Virus record (IMG/VR): IMGVR_UViG_3300045988_050655
Length of the DNA stretch: 64,000 nucleotides
Reading direction: 5' to 3' (one strand)
From: a virus
Part shown: piece after piece, positions 1 to 7,838 of the stretch
Layout: every line of letters begins with the position of its first letter
How positions within the stretch are numbered: position 1 is the stretch's first letter
Translations under genes and position numbers: made by a program
Notes under the pieces: model-generated
What the model was told of the DNA's origin: nothing
Seen by the model: only the letters and a program-made list of their open reading frames with translations
Database searches by the model: none

Positions 1-75
1 TGTGTTAATGGTGTTGCTTCCATATTGTTTTTGAATTTATTGTTTTCTGATAGTGTTTCAATCCACATAGCTAAG

Positions 76-288
76 CTATGACTTGATAGTGAATGCCATA
101 TCGTTGAGGGTGCGGCACCAGTTTATCTTGCCTTCTGCGCATAACTCGTTGATGGCATGGTATGGCTGGTGGCATCCTCGGTTGATGATTTCGGCTGTGA
201 GGACGTGTGGCGGCACGATGTGGGCAGCTTCACGCTCTGCCTGAATCTCAGCGATGATGGCTAGGATTTTTTCTTTCTCTGTCTTCAT
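76..288 (-). CDS. hypothetical protein (70 aa)
   Basis: ATG-initiated ORF co-oriented with the early block. No motif recognised. Confidence 0.4.
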   Translation of the reverse strand: MKTEKEKILAIIAEIQAEREAAHIVPPHVLTAEIINRGCHQPYHAINELCAEGKINWCRTLNDMAFTIKS

Positions 289-502
289 TTGGCGAAGGTA
301 AGAATGAGACGTGGGTGACTTCGGACTGGAACATTAATTGTTCCCACATTCCGTTTAAGTCTTGCTGATACCACAAGCCATCGTGCATCGTTCCGATGAT
401 TGGTTTTCCTTTGTACCAGAGTACAATGGTCTTGTGGGTAAAGAGTGCTTTGTGGGCTTTGCTTATTCGCTTGCCTACCTTGATGTAGCCGAATATATCC
501 AT
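248..502 (-). CDS. hypothetical protein (84 aa)
   Basis: ATG ORF starting 3 nt after the stop of the upstream gene. No motif recognised. Its 3' end overlaps the next ORF by 41 nt. Confidence 0.4.
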   Translation of the reverse strand: MDIFGYIKVGKRISKAHKALFTHKTIVLWYKGKPIIGTMHDGLWYQQDLNGMWEQLMFQSEVTHVSFLPSPNEDRERKNPSHHR

Positions 503-504
503 AA

Positions 505-936
505 CTAGAAGAGTGATAGCTGACCAGTCTTGTCGTGGTAGTGATTACCTGAGGGGAATATCAGTTCCTCGAACATGGCGGTCAGGCAGTTGGTTACTAT
601 TGAGTTTCCTGCCAGTGCATAGAGTTTGCTCTTGCAGATGATGAGTTGACCAGTCTTCTCCTTGCTCATGAGTTTGTCTATGTCAGCTTCGTGGACTCCC
701 ATCAGTCGGAAACAATCTCTTGGAGTGTACTTTCTGATTTGGATGGAGTATTTCTTTCCGTTGGGAGCGGTATGAATGATTTCTTTACTCATGATTGTTA
801 CGAATGTCATTGATGATGAATCTATTGTGGTAAGCATGGTAGGGGCGATGCCTTGATATACTTGCTGATTATACAAGTCTAAGACTTGCCCCCCCATATC
901 AGGCTTCACCTTCCCTGAAAGGAGCAGGGATTTCAT
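505..936 (-). CDS. DNA (cytosine-5)-methyltransferase, C-terminal fragment (TRD module plus motifs IX and X)
   Basis: Motif IX 'RKYTPRDCFRLMG' and motif X 'AGNSIV', preceded by 'QGIAPTMLT'. ATG at 936 has GGAGGA 6 nt upstream. The frame is open back to 990 (TTG in the ORF track). Confidence 0.75.
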   Translation of the reverse strand: MKSLLLSGKVKPDMGGQVLDLYNQQVYQGIAPTMLTTIDSSSMTFVTIMSKEIIHTAPNGKKYSIQIRKYTPRDCFRLMGVHEADIDKLMSKEKTGQLIICKSKLYALAGNSIVTNCLTAMFEELIFPSGNHYHDKTGQLSLF

Positions 937-1339
937 TCTCTTTCCTCCTGTTATCATATCTCTTTGACTATTAAGAATAGTGGGATGCAATTACCTCCGT
1001 GACCCATTGCTGAATTGAGAGTAGGAGAGATTCCCTTGGTGGAATAGACTCTGGTCTGCTGCTCTATTCTGCCTTTGATTTGGAGGTTTGCCAGCTTTAT
1101 AATTTTGTCGCACATTCTTTTATTTTTAAGATAAATGTATTGTGTTCAAAGGAAGCTGTTGTGATGGTTGGTGATATTTTCGTTTTAAATAAACCACCTT
1201 TAAAACTCCCATGTTTGTTTCTGTATATTATCATACTCTTTTTATGATAAGAACTCCACCTTTCGGATAATGAGCGGTTTCTATGAGGTTCATGATGCTT
1301 ATCATAGAGAAACTGGCTGTGACTGCTACAGAGCAGCCA

Positions 1340-2098
1340 TCAGCAGTTTTCGGTATTGAAATCTTCGGGGTAGAGTTTTTCGATTGATTCATTGATGTCT
1401 GCTTTACAGAGATACTTTTCTAGGAGTGGCTGAGACATGAAATATTCAGGAGATACATCGTCTTCCAAAATGTCCTCAACCGTAGTCTCTAACTTGATAG
1501 GCGAAGGGAAGTGATACTCTGGGTTCGGCTCGTCTTCTGTGCGTAGGATGGATATTACGAAGATACGCTCACGATTCTGAGGGATTCCGTAATCTTTTGC
1601 ATTCAATACTTTGTAGAAAGAAGTGTAGCCGTATGAGTCAAGGTCTCGGATATACTGGAAGAAGTACTTTCTCATTGACTTTGAGAGAAGACCTTTCACG
1701 TTTTCGAGCATCACATATTTAGGATGCTTGGCTTCCAACATTCTCCTTTCTTGGAAAATAAGAGAAGAACGTGTGCCGCTACCTTCCTCTGCTCCCTTGC
1801 GAAGTCCTGCATTTGAGAAGTCTTGGCAAGGAGAAGACCAACTGATGAAATCGAAGTCGGGAACCTCATTCCAATCAAGAAGGGCGATGTTTCCGTAGTT
1901 CGGGATTTCCCTGCCATGAAGAAGTCTGTAGGCTTGGATGGCAGAAGGTTCTATCTCGGAAAAGCCAACAACCTCGAAGTCGAACTTAGGATGCTTTTCT
2001 TTTAGGTATTTGAAGGCTAGGCTCTGACTGCCATATCCTGCAAAAGCCTCAAAGACTCTGAGGGGATGCTGCTTGTTGTACTTACTGATTTGTATCAT
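1340..2098 (-). CDS. DNA (cytosine-5)-methyltransferase, N-terminal fragment (motifs I-VIII)
   Basis: Motif I 'FEAFAGYGS', motif IV 'SPCQDFS', motif VI 'ENVKGL', motif VIII 'QNRERIFV'. ATG at 2098, with GTG 2134 as an alternative. The ORF ends at TGA 1340-1342, but the same frame stays open for 80 more codons. Confidence 0.85.
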   Translation of the reverse strand: MIQISKYNKQHPLRVFEAFAGYGSQSLAFKYLKEKHPKFDFEVVGFSEIEPSAIQAYRLLHGREIPNYGNIALLDWNEVPDFDFISWSSPCQDFSNAGLRKGAEEGSGTRSSLIFQERRMLEAKHPKYVMLENVKGLLSKSMRKYFFQYIRDLDSYGYTSFYKVLNAKDYGIPQNRERIFVISILRTEDEPNPEYHFPSPIKLETTVEDILEDDVSPEYFMSQPLLEKYLCKADINESIEKLYPEDFNTENC

Positions 2099-2121
2099 TG
2101 CGGTAAACGGTTTCGTAGATG

Positions 2122-2655
2122 TTACGGATTCCACTGGATACCCAAGCGTTCCAAGGTTCCATTGGCTTGATATATCTCCAACTGCTTTCTACAGAAGCTC
2201 TGAGGGTTCTTTTGGAGAACTTCAATCATTCCGTAGATGCGCTGGCGGAAAGCGTGGTTCTTGTCTTCTTCCGTTATCTGCTGCTCTACCTTGGTCTTGG
2301 CGATGAGTTGGCTGATTTCGGAAGGATTCTCGTTAACGGCTGCTGGCGGTGGTGTGGCTCCGATGAGTTCGTCTTCCCATCCTCGCTGGTTAAGGAAAGT
2401 TTGGAAGTTCTTTCTGTACTGCTTGTCGGGCTGGGAGATTACATAGAGAGGTATGTACTCTATAGCTGCCTTGCGGTCTTTCAGGCTCATGGAGTTCCAC
2501 TTCTTCTCGAGTTTGGATTTGCAGCCCACCTTCTTTTCGTATAGGTTCCATGCTCGCTCAAAGGTATATTCGTCTTTGACTTCCTTGGGAGGAGCAGTTA
2601 CCTTATAGCCATTCTCTTCTAGAAGCTGGATGGCTTGTTTGATTTCATCTGTCAT
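2122..2655 (-). CDS. hypothetical protein (177 aa)
   Basis: ATG ORF tightly packed with its neighbours (4-nt overlap with the VRR-NUC gene). The segment 'ERAWNLYEKKVG...FLNQRGWEDE' looks conserved, but I cannot name a family. Confidence 0.6.
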   Translation of the reverse strand: MTDEIKQAIQLLEENGYKVTAPPKEVKDEYTFERAWNLYEKKVGCKSKLEKKWNSMSLKDRKAAIEYIPLYVISQPDKQYRKNFQTFLNQRGWEDELIGATPPPAAVNENPSEISQLIAKTKVEQQITEEDKNHAFRQRIYGMIEVLQKNPQSFCRKQLEIYQANGTLERLGIQWNP

Positions 2656-3071
2656 AGTTCACCATTTAAATAATTGTCGATTGCTTGGATAAATTCATCT
2701 ATAGAGCGGACGATGATGTACTTGCCACCATGTCGTTCTACTTCATACTGGAATACCTTCTGTTCTGGTTCCTGTCTGCCTTTCGGTGTCTTGTTTTCGA
2801 TGCAGAGGAAACCGTACTGGGAGGTGCGCTTCAGGAGCAGCATATCAGATACTCCTGCCTTCATACCTTCCTCTTTCAGCCATGCGGCTTGTCGGGAAGT
2901 TCGCTTGCCGCCATTGGGAACGGCAAAGAAGACTCCTTCAAGGTCAGGATATACCCCACGGATATACCTGACCTCTGCGGCTTGCAAGTTGTGCTCATCA
3001 TAGGATGAACGCTTGCGTATCTTCTTGCCTTCCTGCTGTAGCTTAGCTTTGATTTCAGCGTAGCTTGCCAT
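2652..3071 (-). CDS. VRR-NUC domain nuclease
   Basis: PD-(D/E)XK-type pattern 'GVSDMLLL...FLCIENKTPKGRQEPEQ', with the size and context of phage VRR-NUC proteins. Confidence 0.8.
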   Translation of the reverse strand: MASYAEIKAKLQQEGKKIRKRSSYDEHNLQAAEVRYIRGVYPDLEGVFFAVPNGGKRTSRQAAWLKEEGMKAGVSDMLLLKRTSQYGFLCIENKTPKGRQEPEQKVFQYEVERHGGKYIIVRSIDEFIQAIDNYLNGEL

Positions 3072-3814
3072 TACCAGTCGGTTGAGAAAAGGTCGTTGAG
3101 AGAATCTTTACCCATTAAGCGAATGGCTTCGTCAGCAAGGTCTGCGTTCTTGAAGTAAACGATTCCTTGATTTGTCGTATGGTTAAATGTCACACCATAA
3201 AGTATATCCTTGTAAATATACCAATTTTTACTACCGTCTTTGAAGTTAGGTTTCCAACCACCATTGAGATACTTGGCGATGTTCTGTAACTTGTTGAAGG
3301 CAATAATGCGCTTTGCCTGAGCTTCTGATGTACAGTTGTTTACGTGGCTGTAGCTATTTACCCCTGTTGTTACTGATGAAATAGTGGTATTACCAATAAA
3401 AAATGATTCCTTATTCAAGAATAGCTTTTTGAGAATATCACGATAAGTGATAGGGTTGCCTTCCGCTGCATCAGGAGTCTTCTTCTCGTCTCCTTCAATC
3501 TTCTTGCGAATCATCGGCTTGCCATCCTCGCTGATGAAGATTTGGAAACCATCAGGAATAGGAATCTCGGTGGCGGAACCATCACCATTGATAATACAAG
3601 AAGACTCTAATAAGTTGTCAGACTGACGGATTCCAGTGTGTGGCTTGTCCTCTGTCTTCTCCTCTGCCTTCTTCATCAAGGCTTCGGTAAACATTCCAGC
3701 ACCCTTACCAAGGAGTGCTCCCAGAAGCATCTGGGCGAATGGATTTAACTCTGTGTTGTTGTTGCGCTGACGGCTATTGTGTCTGTTGTTGCGCTTGTCG
3801 TTTCTACGTGTCAT
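3071..3814 (-). CDS. hypothetical protein (247 aa, basic N-terminus)
   Basis: ATG 3814 lies 1 nt after the upstream stop (TGAtATG). The ORF track extends it to 3865, overlapping the upstream gene. Confidence 0.6.
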   Translation of the reverse strand: MTRRNDKRNNRHNSRQRNNNTELNPFAQMLLGALLGKGAGMFTEALMKKAEEKTEDKPHTGIRQSDNLLESSCIINGDGSATEIPIPDGFQIFISEDGKPMIRKKIEGDEKKTPDAAEGNPITYRDILKKLFLNKESFFIGNTTISSVTTGVNSYSHVNNCTSEAQAKRIIAFNKLQNIAKYLNGGWKPNFKDGSKNWYIYKDILYGVTFNHTTNQGIVYFKNADLADEAIRLMGKDSLNDLFSTDW

Positions 3815-3815
3815 A

Positions 3816-4253
3816 TCAATTATAATTTTGTAAAATGTTATTAAACTCGTCTTCTGTAACACCATTAGCCATGAGGATGGTTAGGATGGTATCAAGACAT
3901 CTACTATATACTTCATTGAAGGCTGGCTCATCCATCTTGGCGAAGGAGATAGACTTGGCTCTCTCCAAGAACTTCTGTCCGTTGAGGTCGTAAAGCGGTT
4001 CGCTGAATCCTGATGTTATCAGAAGCTGCTCACGGAATGTGTCTATTGAGCGGAGGTTGATGCGCTGCTGCTCGGTGAGACTATCCCATGCTGCTCTGAT
4101 AAGGGCGAAGAACTTGCGATGGAACTTTACGTTGCGTGGTCGGACGATATTCGCCTTGACGATGGAACCAACCTTTATCTTTTTCATTTCCTCGTAATCA
4201 TCATCCGTGTAGGGGCGAAGACCAGTGGAGGTTCTTACTAGATGGATTTCCAT
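3816..4253 (-). CDS. DUF1367-like phage protein
   Basis: 'RNVKFHRKFFALIRAAW' and 'SISFAKMDEPAFNEVY' resemble DUF1367 proteins of temperate phages (from memory, unverified). Confidence 0.6.
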   Translation of the reverse strand: MEIHLVRTSTGLRPYTDDDYEEMKKIKVGSIVKANIVRPRNVKFHRKFFALIRAAWDSLTEQQRINLRSIDTFREQLLITSGFSEPLYDLNGQKFLERAKSISFAKMDEPAFNEVYSRCLDTILTILMANGVTEDEFNNILQNYN

Positions 4254-4263
4254 ACCTTATTTA

Positions 4264-4755
4264 TTACTGATTTGGGGCAGAGAAGGGAAGTCCTTGCTGC
4301 TGACCACCTGCATATTGAGCGTTCTGCTGAATAGGTTGACCGCTTGCATTAACCTGAGGGGGAAAAGCCTGCATCTGCTGCTGGATAGGTGCTGGCTGAG
4401 GTGGATAGTTGGCTGCTTGCTGCTGAGGAACCTGACCTATCTGGCTCTGCATCATCTGTCCCTGCTGCTGGGCATTTGGTCGCTCTACCTTCCAGCAGTC
4501 CAACTGGTTGAACCATCGTCCATCTCTAGACTGATGTGCCTTCAATCCGATGTTTGCGGTGATGATTTCACCAACCTGAATGCCGAACTGCTGAATCTTG
4601 CCTGAACCATAAACTTGGATAACGGCTCTTGAAGGGTACTGCTGATTCAGTTCCTCAATAACGTACTCTACGGAACTCCATTGGGTTCCGCTTTGGCTCG
4701 TTCCCATTTGAACTTGCCCTGCTGCAATAATCTTGCCTGTAAACTTTACGTTCAT
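4264..4755 (-). CDS. DUF3127-like OB-fold protein (putative ssDNA-binding) with Q/P-rich tail
   Basis: The N-terminal ~95 aa follow the DUF3127 pattern (MNVKFTGKII...QYPSRAVIQVYG...DGRWFN...CWKVE). It sits beside the exonuclease/annealase pair. Confidence 0.7.
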   Translation of the reverse strand: MNVKFTGKIIAAGQVQMGTSQSGTQWSSVEYVIEELNQQYPSRAVIQVYGSGKIQQFGIQVGEIITANIGLKAHQSRDGRWFNQLDCWKVERPNAQQQGQMMQSQIGQVPQQQAANYPPQPAPIQQQMQAFPPQVNASGQPIQQNAQYAGGQQQGLPFSAPNQ

Positions 4756-4763
4756 ATCTATAC

Positions 4764-5687
4764 TTAATTAAGTTTGATTCTTATTGACGGCTTTGTGGTC
4801 GTTTCCTTTAGATAGTACTCGTAGTGCTCTGGCTCCGTGTCCTTGAACAGCTTCGTGTCGAAGGTCTTCTTGGTGGTAGCTGCCACATAAGAGTAGGAAC
4901 CGATGTTGGTCTTGATGGATTTCTGCTTGTTGGCTTCCATCATCTTCATTATCTGCTCCTTCAAATCATCCTGCTTGATTTTCAGGGCATCCATACGAGC
5001 GGTTATCAATCTGTACTCCTGCTCTAGTGCCGAGAACTGCTCAGGAACCTCCACCTTATACTGATATTCTGCATCATCAGCGAGATAAGCGTTGATTAAC
5101 TCGTCTATCTGCTCATCTGCTACCCTAGGTAGCGGCTGGAACTTGCTCTGTCCGTTCTTGAACCACATGCAGACAATCTCCTTCACCTTCAAGTCAGGAT
5201 TCTGCTCCTCGAACCATTTGGCATAGATGGATAGCTGGAGAGATACATTGTCGTAGTGGAGGGTGGCGGTGGTCTTGTAATCTACCAGATAGATGTTGCC
5301 TTCGTTGTCGGCAAAGATTCCATCAATGGCAGATGCAAAGTTCTCGCCATCTGTAACTAGATACTCGGATGCTACATAGTGTAAGTCGAATGCGACTAAC
5401 ATACTATGGAAGGCAAGAAGCTCTTCCGTAGGATTCGGGTACTGCTTGATGTCTGCATCGAAGATGGAGCAGAAGGTTTCAAACGTGTTGTGGATAAGTC
5501 CTCCTCGCTCTGCTGCCTTCATCAATACCGATTCAGGAATGTTCTTGTAGGTGTCGGGGAAGGCTTTCTTGATGAGCGTTCCAGTTACACCTTTCAGTTC
5601 CTTCTTGCCGATGAAGTACTGATGAGATTCCTCAATGAATGTGACCTTTGGCACATTCAAGGTGATTTTCTTTGTTTCTGCTGTCAT
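4764..5687 (-). CDS. PD-(D/E)XK family exonuclease (RecB/Cas4-like fold)
   Basis: 'IDGIF...LVDYKTT...QLSIYA' motif set, C-terminal coiled coil, adjacent to a single-strand annealing protein. Confidence 0.7.
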   Translation of the reverse strand: MTAETKKITLNVPKVTFIEESHQYFIGKKELKGVTGTLIKKAFPDTYKNIPESVLMKAAERGGLIHNTFETFCSIFDADIKQYPNPTEELLAFHSMLVAFDLHYVASEYLVTDGENFASAIDGIFADNEGNIYLVDYKTTATLHYDNVSLQLSIYAKWFEEQNPDLKVKEIVCMWFKNGQSKFQPLPRVADEQIDELINAYLADDAEYQYKVEVPEQFSALEQEYRLITARMDALKIKQDDLKEQIMKMMEANKQKSIKTNIGSYSYVAATTKKTFDTKLFKDTEPEHYEYYLKETTTKPSIRIKLN

Positions 5688-5688
5688 A

Positions 5689-6471
5689 TTATTGTAATCC
5701 TAATTCTTTCTTCTTAGCTGATACTGCTTGCATGAACTGAGGGCTGGCGGTGAGCGGCTTGTATGTCTGAACTACCCATACCAGATTATCCTTGTTGACA
5801 CATCTACTAAGGTATGCCAATCCTTCGTTCAAGTCATTGGTGTGATACTGGGGTGTTGCTGGCTGCTGGGCGGCTTGTGTTGCCTGAGCGGTTGGATGCT
5901 GAGTCTGCGTCTGCTGCTGCGCTGCTCTACTATCCTGAGCACCATACTTACTATCAATGTCTATGATGTCTTTTCCTGCCTCGAAATAAACGTCTGCTGC
6001 TACACCAAGTGCCTTCATTGCAACCGACAAGGCATCTGTGAGTGCCATCTTGTAGCATTCATCAGATACGTATGCACCTTTGCTTTCCATTGAAACTTCT
6101 GACGAACCTCCTGTTCCTTGGATGGCATCTGACCATTCTCCGTTCACCTTGATAAAGAGGTCGATGTTGCAATAGGCTTTTACCTCGCTTCCGAAAGTCT
6201 CAGTCCACTGCTTGGTGATTACGTACTTCCAACCGATACCGCACACACCAAACTGCTCTGTCATTGCCTTGATGCGCCACATTGGGTTAATGTCGTGCTT
6301 TCCTCTTAGTCTTCCTGACTGAATTTGTCTAAGTGCTTGCTGAGGAACGGATTTGAGTTTGTTGTAATAATCTAAATTACCCATATCTTTATGTATTAAG
6401 TTGTTATTGATACTTCCATTCATAGTGGCTGCATCTGTAGCCACCATCTGGGTTCTTATTCGGATTGTCAC
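5689..6471 (-). CDS. Rad52/Sak-type single-strand annealing protein
   Basis: 'INPMWRIKAMTEQFGVCGIGWKY' and 'CYKMALTDALSVAMKALGVAADVY', plus a Q-rich tail. The track start is GTG; ATG alternatives are at 6447 and 6423. Confidence 0.7.
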   Translation of the reverse strand: MTIRIRTQMVATDAATMNGSINNNLIHKDMGNLDYYNKLKSVPQQALRQIQSGRLRGKHDINPMWRIKAMTEQFGVCGIGWKYVITKQWTETFGSEVKAYCNIDLFIKVNGEWSDAIQGTGGSSEVSMESKGAYVSDECYKMALTDALSVAMKALGVAADVYFEAGKDIIDIDSKYGAQDSRAAQQQTQTQHPTAQATQAAQQPATPQYHTNDLNEGLAYLSRCVNKDNLVWVVQTYKPLTASPQFMQAVSAKKKELGLQ

Positions 6472-6546
6472 ACATGGTCGAGAACAGACAATCGTGACAA
6501 CTGTTTGCTTTATATCTCATATTGTATGGTTTGAAATGTTCAAATT

Positions 6547-6577
6547 AAAAACCCCACGGTTCTCACGAATGGTGGGG
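6547..6577 (-). terminator. intrinsic terminator (minus strand) upstream of the recombination operon
   Basis: On the minus strand: CCCCAC...GTGGGG stem with an inner TTC/GAA helix, followed by TTTTT. Confidence 0.55.
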
Positions 6578-6624
6578 GAGTAATGTTTCCTATTTAATTA
6601 ACCTGAGCGGTCGCTACCGCATCG

Positions 6625-6632
6625 CAAATGTA
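6625..6632 (-). promoter_or_regulatory. Bacteroides-type -7 box (TACATTTG on minus strand)
   Basis: Exact TAnnTTTG match, ~50 nt upstream of the 6547-6577 terminator and ~150 nt upstream of the 6471 start. Confidence 0.45.
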
Positions 6633-7150
6633 ATCTGTATGGTAAATTTTAATATGTCAATATTTGCAATTTCCTTTAGAAAAGGAGGGGCAGTAAAATG
6701 AATATGATTAAAACTGCCACCTCCGTGGAGCGACATCTATACAATCTTGCCGGATGCTGAATCGCTCCTTGGTTCCCTTCTGCATTTGTGGAGGCTTAGG
6801 ACTCCCAGCACTGGTAATCGCACATATTGTGATATATTTAAATTTTTACGAACAACGAACCTATTTACTAAACTGGAACAAAAGAAAGTATTCGTGCTGG
6901 CTGCATTAGAACCGATTTGTAGTTGTGCGCTTCTACCTTTCTGCTACCTTATCTTTAAGGGTCACGGCATGAGGTCTGCATCTTCACAAGTGAACTCCAA
7001 GCGTTCCATATTCCACCCAGTGGGTGTATGTATTAGCTTGCCACTTCCACGTCTAAGCATCATCTGTGGTTAATGATGCTCCTTTTGGGTACGTGTACCT
7101 CTCTAGGAAGGTTTATCCTATCCGATACAAAGCCTTGGAATCGGGCTATA

Positions 7151-7228
7151 TGGGGCGCAAGGTGGGACTCGAACCCACGACCTCGAAGGGGATGAACCTT
7201 CATACTCTACCAACTGAGTTACTTGCGC
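7151..7228 (-). tRNA. tRNA with CAT anticodon (Met or Ile2), encoded CCA
   Basis: Manual cloverleaf: acceptor GCGCAAG/CTTGCGC, D arm ACTC-AGTTGGTA-GAGT, anticodon arm (T)GAAGG-TTCATCC-CCTTC(G), T arm GTGGG-TTCGAGT-CCCAC, then C-CCA. Two extra nt give a 6-bp anticodon stem, and position 37 is C. Confidence 0.75.
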
Positions 7229-7555
7229 TGGCTAATCAACAATTTAACTAACTTAAAAACATGAGTAAAAAATGACTATATTTACCACTTGTGGAGACTG
7301 GGAGTAGCAAACTCCAAAAAACCTCTGCTGCACCGAACGGACTTTCGCCCTCTAAAAAACATGGAAGACAACATAACTTAATTAATTGATTATTAATAAT
7401 TTAAATTCAACATTTCATATTGAGGTTCAATCTCCATATATCCTATGGCTCTACTCGCTCACTTCCTTGAAGTAGGAGCGGATTTCCTTTATGGCGAAAA
7501 GGAATGTGACAACTGATGCCACGAACATTACATCTGCTAACATAATCTTATCTGT

Positions 7556-7837
7556 TTAATGGGTTACACAATAGGCTGCTGCCTCTGATTCTATCTCTGC
7601 CATGCTCTTGCTGCGGTTCTGCATCATCCAGTCTTCCAACTCGCTCTTCTTGAAGTAGAGTAGGTTGATATTCGGCTTGTAGCAGGGGAGTATGTGCTTT
7701 CTGACGTTTTCCCTTACTCCTCGAACCGTCATGCCTAGTATGATTGCAGCTTCCTTAATGTTGAGCACATTCTTTGCTGCTATCAGCGAATACTGCTCGA
7801 TGCGGTCTAGCTGCTCCTTTATCTCTGGGTCTATCAT
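7556..7837 (-). CDS. helix-turn-helix DNA-binding protein (excisionase/AlpA-like)
   Basis: 'LNIKEAAIILGMTVRGVRENVRK' and 'YFKKSELEDWM'. ATG 7837 lies 1 nt after the upstream stop. The track start at 7897 is GTG. Confidence 0.65.
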   Translation of the reverse strand: MIDPEIKEQLDRIEQYSLIAAKNVLNIKEAAIILGMTVRGVRENVRKHILPCYKPNINLLYFKKSELEDWMMQNRSKSMAEIESEAAAYCVTH

Positions 7838-7838
7838 A

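Larger units (their letters stand above)
505..2134 (-). pseudogene. multispecific-type C5 DNA methyltransferase locus disrupted by one in-frame TGA and two -1 frame changes
   Basis: Three consecutive reading frames each carry a TRD-like (S/A)PT(L/I/M) module: ISPTITT 1157-1177, ISPTL 1017-1031 and IAPTM 835-849. They lie between motif VIII and motif IX. Confidence 0.5.

Noticed and set aside
991-1339. Group I intron (or other self-splicing element) separating the two methyltransferase halves
   Set aside because: After TGA 1340-1342 the N-terminal frame stays open for 80 codons and encodes a TRD-like module. A second TRD-like module is encoded in the -1 frame. The gap is therefore (former) coding sequence, not an intron. 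I also found no convincing P1-P9 style architecture.
7151-7228. Suppressor tRNA that could decode the in-frame TGA of the methyltransferase (code-4-like recoding)
   Set aside because: The only 7-nt loop closed by a good stem gives anticodon CAT, not TCA. TGA is also used as a genuine stop at tightly coupled gene junctions, for example 3816-3818 and 7839-7841.
6747-7251. ORFs 6747-7073 and 7066-7251 in the non-coding region
   Set aside because: The composition does not look protein-like (C/L/S/R-rich) and I found no promoter box. The second ORF runs antisense across the tRNA. They are treated as non-coding.
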